Shown one piece after another: positions 12,267 through 24,635 of a DNA stretch of 64,000 bases. Numbering within the stretch: the stretch's first letter is position 1; each line of letters starts with the position of its first letter. The stretch is taken from assembly GCF_044704955.1 (NCBI RefSeq), contig NC_091995.1, forward strand, positions 34,472,001-34,536,000, given 5' to 3'. The DNA comes from Pristiophorus japonicus. Lineage: Eukaryota. The notes under the pieces are model-generated. The model searched no databases and had not been told where the DNA came from. It was given only the letters and a program-made list of their open reading frames with translations. The position numbers and the translations under genes were made by a program.

Positions 12267-12827
12267 TACAGCGCCGCCCGGCGGTAGGAGGAGAGACGAG
12301 CATCAGCTAACAGCGCCCCCAGCGGTAGGAGGAGCGACCCCCATCAGGTAACATCGCCCCCGGCGGTCGGAGGAGAGACTAACATCAGGTAACAGCGCCG
12401 CCCGGCGGTAGGAGGAGAGACTACCTTCAGGTAACAGCGCCCCTGGATGGTAGGAGGAGAGATTCGCAGCAGGTAATAGCACCCCCGGCGGTAGGAGGAG
12501 AGTTTCGCAGCAGGTAACAGCGCCCCCGACGGTAGGAGGAGAGACTAACATCAGGTAACAGTGCCCCCGGCGGTAGGAGGAGAGACTAACATCAGGTAAC
12601 AGCGCCCCCGGCGGTAGGAGGAGAGATTAACATCAGGTAACAGCGCCCCCGGCGGTAGGAGGAGAGATTAACATCAGGTAACAGCGCCCCCGGCGGTAGG
12701 AGGAGAGACTACCATCAGGTAACAGCGCCCCTGGATGGTAGGAGGAGAGATTCGCAGCAGGTAACAGCGCCCCGGCGGTCGGAGGAGAGACTGCCATCAA
12801 GTAGCAGCGCCCCCGGCGGTAGGAGGT
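12267..12827. repeat. 41 bp minisatellite, about 14 copies, in the C12orf57 promoter region
   Basis: Unit CAGGTAACAGCGCCCCCGGCGGTAGGAGGAGAGACTAACAT; period 41 at 12552, 12593, 12634, 12675, 12716. Confidence 0.95.
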
Positions 12828-13559
12828 GGCCGATGCGGAACCTGTGCTCGCAATGCATGGGCTGGACAAGCAGAGTTCATGTCCTAAAAAAAGACAAAAG
12901 GGATGATGGTGTGAGGCAAAAGGAGATGGTAATGGGGCAAGTTAAGAAACAAAAGATGAGTCTAGATAGGGTGTAAACGGAAATGGCAGAATTATCAACA
13001 GCTGCCGTGGGAAAGAGAACTGCCCCCCCACCCCCAGAAATAATTAAAAACAATAGGGGCAGTGCTTATGGTCTGAAATTGTTGAACTCGATGTTGAGTC
13101 CAAAAGGTTGTAAAGTACCTCAACGAAAGATGAGGTTCTGTTCCTGAAGCTTACTGTGAGCTTCATTGGAATCGTGCTACAACTAATATGATTCAAGTAC
13201 AATGCCTGTGCGTGGGTTTTGTTAACGTGTGGTGGCCGCTGCACACCAGCCACCACACGGGCTTGACAGAGCTAGGTCTTGGTCCAGTGGCAAGGATTAC
13301 CCAAGACTGTTGTCCAACTGGGAAAAGCATTCCCAACTCTCCGGTGTGCTGTCCATTTTTGTCGGGAATGTTTGGCTGAAACATTCTTGTGTTTCTTTCT
13401 CAAATAAATGCAAACCGGGGGAAAGGAATGTGTCCCTGGCCCTCTTGTGGGGAGTGTTGGCTGTACAGGAGGCTGCTTCACGGCCTCCTGTCGCTGATTG
13501 CAGTGCAGGCAGGCACAGCAGGAGGGGCGAAGGAGCAGCAACAGTCCCTAGAGGGGCCC

Positions 13560-13910
13560 AGGAGAGGCGTGAATCTGGGGCCCAGAATAGCCGACGGCCC
13601 AGGGGCAGCACAGACCAGCCCACACTGCGATATGTGTGCGCACTAGGTCTGTGCGGTAGAGCTGGTCTCCGGTCGTCTTGGGTAATCCTTGCCACTGGAC
13701 CAAGACCTAGCTCCGTCAAGCCCATGTGGTGGCTGGTGTCCAAAGGCCACCACACGTTAAAAAAATCCACGCAACAGGCATCTTCCACTCTTCAGGATGT
13801 AGTTCGGGACTTGGAATATTAGGTCCCTCATTGAAACACCTGTGAACTCATCGCTTTTTTGGCGGGGAAGCAAGTCATCCTCGCTTCGAGAGACTGCCTA
13901 TGATGATGAT
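13560..13910 (+). mobile_element. Bipartite non-autonomous RTE derivative
   Basis: Structured 5' part, a remnant FGTWNIRSLIE (endonuclease start) and the RTE 3' tail ending in (GAT)n. Related copies at 11240-11430(+), 13204-13307(-), 30780-31040(-). Confidence 0.7.
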
Positions 13911-13931
13911 AACAAGTACGATGATCACAAC

Positions 13932-14910
13932 ACATTGGGGAGACCAAACGCAGATTGGGTGACAGCTTTGCAGAACACCTCCGTTCAGTCCATAAGTGTG
14001 ACCTCGAGCTTGTCACTTGAATTCTCCGCTCCACTCCCACTCTGATCTCTCCACCTCGGCCTCCTGCACTGTTCCAATGAAACTCAACGCAAACTCGAGG
14101 AACAGCACCTCATCTTTCATTTATGGTCACAGACCATAACCTATTAAATGGCGGAGCAGACTCGAGGGGCCGTATGGCCTACTCCTGCTCCTATTCCTTA
14201 TGTTCTTATTAACCTCTGCCCATATTTTCCTCCCCTTTCCTTCATTTTTGAACCCCGCCACCCCCCAGATCTTATGTTTTTTTTCTCTCTCTCCCATGGC
14301 AGCTGGTCATTATCCCACCATTCACACCCTATCCAGATTAACCTTTTTCTAACTTGTGCCATTACCATCGCAATTCCACCCATCGTCCCTTTTGTCTCTC
14401 TAATCTCGCCTGTCTCCCACCCTATCACAGACCTTCCCTTTTGTTTTCTCCTCCCCTCCCCCTTTCAGTGCTCCTTAAGAATCTGTTCTTTCTGAACATT
14501 CGCCTTATTAAAGTGACCAGGATAAGGGGTAAGCCATTTAGGACTGAGATGAGGAGGAACTTCTTCACTCAGAGAGTGGTTAACCTGTGGAATTCCCTGC
14601 CGCAGAGAATTGTTGAGGCCAGTTCATTGGATATATTCAAGAGGGAGTTAGATATGGTCCTTACGGCTAAAGGGATCAAGGGGTATGGAGAGAAAGCAGG
14701 AATGGGGTACTGAGGTGAATGATCAGCCATTATCTTATTGAATGGTGGTGCAGGCTCGAAGGGCCGAATGGCCTACTCCTGCACCTAATTTCTATGTTTC
14801 TATGTCTCCAGTTCTGAGGAAGGGTCATCGACCCGAAATGTTAACTCTGTTTCTCTCTCCACAGATGTTGCCTGACCTGCTGAGTGTTTACAGCAATTTC
14901 TGTTTTTTTT
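13932..14910 (+). mobile_element. Penelope-like element remnant, interrupted by a CR1 3' end at about 14520-14805
   Basis: GIY-YIG-type peptides IGETKRRLGDSFAEHLRSV and RKLEEQHLIF; hammerhead motif at 14809-14847. An inverted relative lies at about 12880-13170. Confidence 0.75.
14809..14847 (+). ncRNA. Minimal hammerhead ribozyme motif (Penelope-type)
   Basis: AGTT-CTGAGGA-a-GGGTC atc GACCC-GAAA-TGTT-AACT: core boxes, stem II and stem I pairing are visible. Confidence 0.6.
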
Positions 14911-15039
14911 TAAATGTCAATCGCAACCCTGTACCTTGATCAGCTTTGAACCACATTGGGGCGATGTGGCTGTGGAAAAGTTTCTTCTTTTAGTTAAATC
15001 TCTGAAGGTTTTTGGGCGTCGGAACCCTCCTGCGGGAGC

Positions 15040-15145
15040 TCCCGCGTTCCGGGGCGGGGAACGACTGGCGGCCCGCGGCACGGACCGGAAGCCGGCCGGC
15101 CGGATAAAAACCGCCAGGGGGACCCACTTCCTCTTTCTCTTCCAG
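15040..15145 (+). promoter_or_regulatory. RPS18 core promoter with 5'TOP pyrimidine tract
   Basis: GC box GGGGCGGGG (15051), ETS/GABP site CCGGAAG (15085), TATA-like GATAAAAA (15103) and CTTCCTCTTTCTCTTCC (15127-15143), within a CpG-rich stretch. Confidence 0.8.
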
Positions 15146-15163
15146 GCCGAGTGAGCCGCCATC

Positions 15164-15166
15164 ATG
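15164..15166 (+). CDS. RPS18: RPS18 exon 1 coding part (ATG only)
   Basis: gccgccatcATG/GTGAGT immediately downstream of the TOP tract. Confidence 0.9.
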
Positions 15167-16591
15167 GTGAGTGAGGCCGGGGCCGGGCGAGGCAATCGGC
15201 CGCCATCCGCCGCTCGGGGCCGGGCGGAGAGGTCGGCATACGAGCAGGGGCGGCGGCCTGCGGCCTGCGGCTGGGAAAAGGCGATTGTTGTCCGGGAGGG
15301 CTCCCATTGCTCGGCTTCAGAGTGACTGTAGAGCCGGGGCCCCGGGACACCCGGGCTCCAGGGTGGGTGGGGGGGCCAAGGACCAATGGGCATCACTTGG
15401 GCTGTCAGACACAAGTCTCCATAGTGCCAGCCCTGGCTCAGTGAGCAGCACACTCTCTCTCTCTCTCTCTCTCAATCACAAGGTGGTGGGTTCAAGTCCC
15501 ACTCCAGGGACTTCACATAAACCCAGGCCGACTCTCCCAGCGCAGTGCTGAGGGAGCGCCGCACTGTCGGAGGTGGCCGTCTTTCGGATGAGGCGTTAAA
15601 CCGAGGCCCCGTCTGCCCCCTCGGGTGGATGTAAAAGATCCCACGGCCACTCTTTCGAACAAGAGCACGGGGCGAGTTATCCCCTGGTGTCCTGGGCCAA
15701 TGTCGCGCTTGAGCACGTAAATCTCGGCTGACGCTCCCAGCGCAGTGCTGAGGGAGCGCCGCACCGTCAGAGGTGGCCGTCTTTCGGATGAGACGTTAAA
15801 CCCCCCCCCCCCCCTCTCCCCGTCTTCCCCACCCCCCCACCTCAGGTGGATGTAAAAGATCCCGGCCCCAATATTTTTGAAGGATTGGCCGCCAGGGCCA
15901 TTCCCGAAATTGCCTGACCAACATCGGGAGGTGGCGAGGGATTTCCCTGAGGTGGCCCGTGGGGTTATTCCACTCGTTGCTTCCTCCAGGAGTTTCAAAT
16001 TAGCAGAGATTGGGGAGGACGGTGCGGGGATGTGGCCCAGGCTCAGGCATTGGGGGGAGCACTGGTGGGTCTTCTGTGCGCTCGTGTCTCGGTCAGAAGG
16101 TCGTAGGTTCAAGCCCCACATAAATCCAGCCTGACACACTCCCACTGCAGTGCTGAGGGAGCGCTGCAGTGTCGTAGGTGCCGTCTTTCGGATGAGACGT
16201 TAAACCGAGGCCCTGTCTGCGCTCTCGGGTAGATGTGAAAGATCCCATGGTACAATTTCGAAGAAGAGCAGGGGAGTTATCCCCGGTATCCTGGGGCCAA
16301 TATTTATCCCTCAATTAACATCACTAAAACAGATTATCAGGTCATCATCACATTGCTGTTTGTGGGAGCTTCCTGTGTGCAAATTGGCTGCCATGTTTTT
16401 CCACATTACATCAGTGACTGCACTACAACAGTTCTTCATCGGCTGTAAAGTGCTTTGGCACGTCCTGAGGTTGTGAAAGGTGCTATATAGATGCATGTTC
16501 TTTCTGTCTAATTGTAAAAGATCCCATGGCACTATTTCGAAGACGAGCAGAGTAAAGAAAGAAAGACTTGCATGTATATAGCACTTTTCAC

Positions 16592-17439
16592 AGAGGCTGC
16601 AGGGTGACTTGGACAGGTTAGGTGAGTGGGCCAATGCATGGCAGATGCAGAATAATGTGGATAAATGTGAGGTTATCCACTTTGGTGGCAAAAACAGGAA
16701 GGCAGAATATTATCTGAATGGTGGCAGATTAGGAAAAGGGGAGGTGCAACGAGACCTGGGTGTCATGGTACATCAGTCATTGAAAGTTGGCATGCAGGTA
16801 CAGCAGGTGGTGAAGAAGGCAAATGGCATGTTGGTCTTCATAGCGAGAGGATTTGAGTATAGGAGCAGGGAGGTCTAACTGCAATTGTTCAGGGCCTTGG
16901 TGAGGCCACACCTGGAATATTGTGTACAGTTTTGGTCTCCTAATCTGAGGAAGGACATTCTTGCTATTGAGGGAGTGCAGCGAAGGTTCACCAGACTGAT
17001 TCCCGGGATGGTGGGACTGACGATGAAGAAAGACTGGATCGACTGGGCCTGTACTCACTGGCGTTTAGAAGAATGAGAGGGGATCTCATAGAAACATATA
17101 AAATTCTGATGGGACTGGACAGATTAGATGCAGGAAGAATGTTCCCAATGTCCAGAACAAGTGGTCACAGTCTAAGGATAAGGGGTAAGCCATTTGGGAC
17201 CGAGATGAGGAGAAACTTCTTCACTCGAGTTGTGGGCGTGTGGAATTCTCTAACACGGAAAGTTGTTGAGGCCAGTTTGTTAGATATATTCAAAAGGGGT
17301 AGTGGCCCTTACAGCTAAAGGGATCAGGGGTTATGGAGAGAAAGCAGGAATGGGGAAATGCATGATCAGCCATGATCATATTGAATGGTGGTGCAGGCTC
17401 GAAGCGCCGAATGGCCTCCTACTGCACCTATTTTCTATG
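16592..17439 (+). mobile_element. CR1 LINE 3' portion inserted into a SINE
   Basis: Same ORF2 C-terminal peptides as the 32250 copy; TTTCAC flanks both ends. Confidence 0.92.
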
Positions 17440-18472
17440 TTTCACGACTGCCAAACGTCTCAAAGCGCTTTACAGCCAATGAAGTACTTTTGGAGCGCAG
17501 TCACTGTTGTAATGTGGGAAACGCAGCAGCCAATTTGCGCACAGCAAGCTCCCACAAACAGCAATGTGATAATGACCAGATAATCTTCTTTTTTTTTAGC
17601 GATCCTGGTTGAAGGATAAATATTGGCCCCAGGACACCAGGCAGAGCTTCCAATGTCCTGGCCAATATTTATCCTTCAAACAACAGTCTTTTTCTTCTTC
17701 CCCTCCTCCTACAGAAAGACTTGCATTTCTGTAGCGCCTTTCACATCCTCAGTGTCCTAAAGGGGAGATCTCCCATAAGATCTTTTACGTCTACCTGAGA
17801 GGTTTTAACGCCCCGTCTGAAAGACGGCACTTCCGACAGTGCAGCACTCCCTCAGCACTGCACTGGGAGTGTCAGCCTAGACAACCCGGGAAGTTAAGCT
17901 AAACCGAACTGAAGTGCTGGCTTGGCCCCTGTTGGAGTGTTGTGTGGATAGACTGGACAAGCTGGGTTTGTTTTCCTTGGAGGAGAGAAGGTTAAGAGGG
18001 ACTATTTCCAGTAGTTGAAGGGTCAGTAAGCAGAGGGCACAGATTTGAGGTGATTGACAAAAGAACCAGAGGCATCATGAGGAAAAATTTCTTTACGCGG
18101 CGAGTGGTTATGATCTGGAATGCAATTTGCAAAAAGGATTGGCTAAGTACTTGTTGCAAGGATACGGGGAAAGAGTGGGGTGGGGGGGGAGACTGACTGG
18201 ATTGCTCTTTGAAAGAGCCAGTGCAACTCGATGGACCAAATAGCCTCCAGTGCTGTATAATTCTAATGATTTAACACCGTGACATACCTATAAGATACTA
18301 CCCAATCTCCCATGTTGGGTCACAAGTTGCAGGTCTTGTAGCAGCACGCATATTGTCTTATAATATATTGCGGGAAGTGCATACAATAGCCTCCGGTAGA
18401 TTGTCACACGGAAAGATTTGACCGTTTTCCTTTGACTGATTCTTTTGCTAACACCCGCTCTTTTGTTTTTAG

Positions 18473-18745
<273 letters not shown>

Positions 18746-21700
18746 TAGGCTGGTACAGTTGACATTCAGAGCAGTGTCAGGTCCTCTATGTGCCCACCAC
18801 TGGCTCGCAGTGGGCTGAACGCATCTTCGTTTTCTCTTTCTAGTGAGATCGTGTTCCGTAATTCTGCTCTTCTATGAAACGGGCAAGTCAAAGACTTTGC
18901 GATAACCTCCTCACAAGAACCGATCGTGGTTGTGTTTTTTTTTGGTCAATCTAAAATATTATTGGCACATTCTCTTTCAAGCAACGGCCTAATTTTTTTT
19001 TTACTAGGTTATTGGGAGTGAACAGAATCGACTAGCTGGCTCATGGTAAAAAGCACCAGTGCGCACAGAGGGTTGAATTGCCTGTGTTCGTGCTGCAGTG
19101 TTCCATGATACCACTCGCAACATGCTATGCTTTCGGTGTCTATAACTCTTTAATGTTGTGCTATATGCAACAGTACTTCGTGCAAGCGTCCTCATTGGAG
19201 AGCAAATGCAGAACGCGCTGGCTGGCATGTGTGCTGACTTACAGGATTTGGGTTAAAATCCATTTAATGAGGCTGTAATTCAGCCAGGGCAGTCCATGGG
19301 AAATAGATTTTGGAGTTGGGAGTGCGGTAACTTCCATGCACCTTCCCACTGCCGAGGGCCTCAGCATACCTGGGATTTAACCACGGCTGCCGTCGCCTCT
19401 GTGTTGCGCACTTTATTTTCTCTTGACCTCGTTTGAATACAGACCCACGGTTGCCAATTTGTCCACGAGGAGCATTAAACCTAAACTCTTTTTATATATA
19501 AAAAAAATTGTTCCTTGGATGTGGGCATCGCTGGCAAGGCCAGCATTTATTGCCCATCCCTAATTGCCCTTGAGAAGGTGGTGGTGAGACGTCTTCTTGA
19601 ACCGCTGCAGTCCATGTGGTGAAGGTACTCCCACAGTGGTGTTAAGGGAGGGAGTTCCAGGATTGTGACCCAGCGACGATGAAGGAACAGCCGATATATT
19701 TCCAAGTCAGGATGGTGTGTGACTTGGAGGTGATGGTGTTCCCATGCTCCTGCTGCCCTTGTCCTTCTAGATGGTAGATGTCGCAGATTTGGGAGGTGCT
19801 GCCGAAGAAGCCTTGGTGAGTTGCTGCGGTGCATCTTGTAGATGGTGCACACGGTGCGCCGGTGGTGGAGGGAGTGAATGTTTGTGGTGGTGGATGGGAT
19901 GCCAATCAAGCGGGTTGCTTTGTCCTGGATGGACAAGTCGAGCTTCTTGAGTGTTGTTGGAGCTGGTTGGTAGCATACTGCAGAGAGGAACAGCAGCAGG
20001 GACCCTGGCCTAGCCCCCCCCCCCCCCCCTCACCCATTGACCAAACTTTGTCTGTGAAACTCAACTTACTAGGCTGAACAATCAGAAGGCTTACAGGTGG
20101 GGGGGGGGGGGGGAATTCATTGTAAATTGTTTGCTGTTTGCATGTGTTTTTCTATCATGTTATGGGGCTGCAAAACCTCTGTGTTCCTAACACTCCCCAC
20201 AGTTTGTGCCCTGTTTATATTGAACAGATTAGGCATCCCGGTGCTGTGAAATCTGCCCCATCTACACTCCAGGGCCGCATTGTCCAATCACAATGGTGGC
20301 GTGGGCTCCACACATCGAATGGCTCAGTCCTGTTCCCTGTCAAATCTAACAGATGTTGACTGGCTGTGTTGTTGTGTCCAACCTGCGACGAGCCTGGCAC
20401 AAGCTAGTTACAGGACGGGGCCGTTCGGCCCCTCCAGCCTGTTCCGCCACTCAATGAGATCGTGGCTGAAGTGTCCACATCGTGGCAAAATGTACTGGAC
20501 TCAGGGTTTAAAAACCCAGTGGTTGTATTGCTGTGGGAATATGGGCTTTATCGTGGAGGGGTGCTTTCCACAGCACAGGGTAACACACTAACCGCCTGTC
20601 TCAAATGCCTTGGAGCACTGCGCGCACACTGGTCCTGAAGTTTCACTGTGCCCATACGTATGAAATTCCTCTCTGATGTTTTCGCAGCAGTGTTCCCCGT
20701 GTAGCCTCAACTGTTGGCGTCTGCTGATACAGGAAGGGGAATAATTTGAAACGAGCACATCTAGCAGTTGTCTCTCGCTGTCCACCGATCTAATTACAGG
20801 ACCGACGGGGAATGCTGCGGCTGTTGGACAGGCAAACATCGCGTCCATTTTCTCTATGGCACGATGCTACCAGCAGCACTGAGCGGAATGGCCAATATTT
20901 GGGATGATGATGGGGGGGGGGGAGCGGGTGGGGAGCGCGAGGGGTTGAGTTTGGAGAAATGAAATGCCGTGCAATTTATGACATCTGGAGCGGCGAGCCG
21001 GGGGACCCATCTGAAGGACGGCACCGCCGATAATGTATTGAGGTGTTGGTCGGCATTGTGCTCAAAATCCGGAGCGGGCTTTCAATAAAAAGATTTGGAT
21101 TTATGTAGCGCCTTTCACGATCACCGGGCGTCTCGAAGTGCTTTACAGCCAATGAAGACATTTTGAAGTGGAGTCGCTGTTGTAATGAGGGAAATGCGGC
21201 AGCCAGTTTGCGCACAGCAAGCTCCCACAAACAGTAAGGTCCCACAGACCGGATAATCTGTTTGTGATGTTGATTGAGGGATAAATATTGGCCAGGACAC
21301 TGGGAAGAACTCCCCTGCTCTTCTACATAATAGTGCCGCGAGATATTTTATGTCCACCTGAGAGAGCAGACGGGGGTCTCGGTTTAACGTCCCATCCGAA
21401 AGACGGCAGTGCGGCCCTCCCTCAGCACTGCACTGAGTGTGTCAGCCGAGATTTATGTGCTCTAGTCCCTGGAGTGTGATCCACAACCTGACCCAGCCAC
21501 AAGTGTCAATATCCCAGTCAGAACATTTGAAGCGATCAATTGGCATCTTGGCTAGATTTTGTTCTTTCTCCCCACCCCCCAGGTTATGTAACTTTTTAAC
21601 CATTTTGGAGATGTACAGGCGATGGTGGAATGATGCTGGTCAGTTTGAAGTGTTCCAATACAACATGGAATCAGAGAATAGAGTAGCACATTCGGCCCAT

Positions 21701-22444
21701 CGAGTCTTATTCGTTCCTGGGATGTGGGCGTCGTTGGCAAGGCCGGCATTTATTGCCCATCCCTAATTGCCCTTGAGGTGGTGATGGTGAGCTGCCTCCT
21801 TGAACCGTTGCAGTCCGTGTGGTGAAGGTTCTCCCACAGTGCTGTTGGGGCGCAAGTGCCAGATTTTTACCCAACGACAATGAAGGAATGGCCGATATAT
21901 TTCCAAGTCAGGATGGTGTGGAACTTGGAGATTATGGTGTTCCCATGTGCCTGCTGCCCTGGTCCTTCTGGTTGGTAGAGGTCGCGGGTTTGGGAGGTGC
22001 TGTCAAAGAAGCCTTGGCGAGTTGTAGCACTGCACCTTGTAGATGGTGCACACTGCAGCCACGGTGCGCCGGTGGTGGAGGGAGTGAATGTTTAAGGTGG
22101 TGGATGGGGTGCCAATCAAGCGGCCTGCTATGTCCTGGATGGTGTCAAGCTTCGAGTGTTGTTGGAACTGCACTCATCCAGGCAAGTGGGGAGTATTCCA
22201 TTGCACTCACTGCAGGATGCCCAATTCGAAGAGCAATCCAGTTAACCCTGCTCGCCCACCCTTCCCCGTATCCATGCAATGTTTCTCCCGTCAAGCATTT
22301 ATCCAATTGCCTTTTGATGGCTGCTATGAACAAATGACTTAACCAAGTGGATGACTGACTATAAGCAGAGTACCCAAGAACATTGATTGTGTGCAATCTA
22401 TCTGAAGACTGTTGTTAATTGGGCTGATGTATTCCTGTTGGCAG

Positions 22445-22531
22445 GGTGTCGGGAGGCGCTACGCCCATGTGGTGCTGAGGAAAGCTGACATTGACCTGAG
22501 CAAGAGAGCCGGCGAGCTCTCTGAGGATGAG
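22445..22531 (+). CDS. RPS18: RPS18 exon 3
   Basis: [29 protein letters not shown]; acceptor gcAG, donor GTGAGA. Confidence 0.97.
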
Positions 22532-24413
22532 GTGAGACAAAATGGCATCTGGTGAACTTCGTGAGGCCGAATAGACTGCACTGGTTGATTAACCTTGCGG
22601 AAACTTCACCAGCTTTAACTATAAACACCGTGAAATCTCTTCCTGTAACGTGGGATGAATTCATGTTCTGCTGGTGCGTTGAATTCTAAGATTGAATCTT
22701 GACATGTTATCTGAAGGTCTGATACTAGCTTTTTATGAGTTATTTAATTAACTCTGTTTAAATTCCCCAGCTGCCATGGTGCAGTTTGAGCTCACATCTC
22801 CTGATCATTAATCCAGGTCTCTGGATTACTGGTCCAGTGCCATACTTGCACACAGCAAGGTCCCACATGACCAGATAAACTGTTTTTGGTGATGCTGATT
22901 GGGCAACAGAGAGAACTCTCTCCTCTCCCCCTCCCCCTCCCCTCCTTCCTCCTCCCTCCTCCCCCCTCCCCCTTCTAGTGGGGTAGAATTGGAGGATTAT
23001 AAAAGGGTTCGATGGGGTGGACCGAGAGAAGATGTTTTCACTCAGTGGGGAGACCAATACTAGAGGCCATCAATATAAGATAGTCGCTAATAAACCCAAT
23101 GGGGAACTCGGGAGAAACTACTTTACCCAGAGAGTGGTGAGAATGTGGAACTCACTACCACAGGGAGTGGTTGAGGCGAATAGTATTGATGCATTCAAGG
23201 GAAGTTAGATAAACACGTGAGGGGAAAGGAATAGAAGGATATGTTGGGTGGGAGAGGCTCATGTGGAGCATAAACACTCAGTGTTGGGTCAGATGGCCTG
23301 TTTCTGTGCTGTACATTCTGTCATTAAATTGTTACCCAGTTTACATAGAATCTTTGGGGGTGTTTATTTTAAACGTTATCTGTGCGTTTTTATGAATAGA
23401 CCTTTATGTTGAGAATACTCTATCTCTAGTGCACTATAACCATTGTGTCCATTTTAATTCCTCTAAGGATTGTTTGTGATTTTTATAAACTGATGGCAGT
23501 TATAGGATCGGGAGCAGGCCATTCAGTGAGATCACGGCTGATCTGCAACTTAAATCCACATATCCGCCTTTGCCCCATATCCCTTAATACTTTGGTTAAC
23601 CGAAAGCTATCAATCTCCGATTTAAAATTAACAATTGGTCTAGCATCAATTGCCTTTTGCAGACACGAGTTCCAAACTTCTACCACCCTTTGTGTGTAGA
23701 CGTGTTTCCTAATTACACTCTTGAAAGCTCGGGCTCTAATGTTTAGTCTATGCCCCACCCCCCTCCAAAGTCTTAGAATCCCCAACCAATGGAGATCGTT
23801 ACTCTTATCTGTTCCTTTTAATATCCTGAAAACTTCGATCAGATCAACCCTTAACCTTCTAAATTCTAGGGAATTACAAGCCTAATTTGTGTAATCCCTC
23901 CTCACAAATTAACCCTTAAATCCGGGTATCATTCTGGAAACTTCCCTCCAAGGCCAATATATCTTTCCTAAGGTGTGGGGGCCCAGAACTGCTCGCAATA
24001 CTCCAGCTGTGGTCTAACCTGGGCTTTGTGTAGCTGCACCATAACTTCTACCCCCTTGTACTCTACTCCTCTAGATATAAAGGCTAGCATTCCATTAGTC
24101 TTTTTGATTATTTTCTGTACCTGTTCATGGCATTTTAATGATCTTAACGGAGACCAGAGCTTTGGTCAACTAACAGGACCAGGGGTAGGCCGCTAAAAAA
24201 ATCGATCGTTTCCTTTCTACTGCTGCTTGGGAATCGATGGCAGGTTCAATAAAAGCCTAATTTGTGTAAATCTTTCCTTGTAACTTAACCCTTAGCTTTG
24301 ACTTTCAACTGAAGGTTTTCCTTGCTTTTAGCTGAAGTGTACCTACAAAAATAGCATGATTTTTGTACGTTAGTCCTGTAGGTCGGGGGTGAATTGAGTA
24401 CTGCGGTTGGTGA

Positions 24414-24635
<222 letters not shown>

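Noticed and set aside
11029-12310. Long Pro-rich ORFs of 409, 286 and 219 aa
   Set aside because: They are translations of the stop-free 38-bp minisatellite in all three frames, antisense to C12orf57 intron 1.
12267-12827. CRISPR-like or recursive-splice-like array (ACTAAC..CAG/GTAAC in each unit)
   Set aside because: No unique spacers, and the context is eukaryotic. The branch-like motif is too close to the AG, has no pyrimidine tract and lies outside any supported plus-strand transcript.
12200-15000. U7 snRNA, which neighbours C12orf57 in human
   Set aside because: No AATTTGTCTAG Sm-type site with a 3' hairpin was found on either strand by eye.
15430-15510. tRNA-like sequences (A/B boxes) here and at 9990-10037 and 57038-57110
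   Set aside because: They are SINE heads continuous with SINE bodies and do not form complete cloverleaves.
20700-20845. Possible H/ACA snoRNA (CTGTCCA/TGGACAG stem followed by ACA)
   Set aside because: No well-placed H box or convincing first hairpin.
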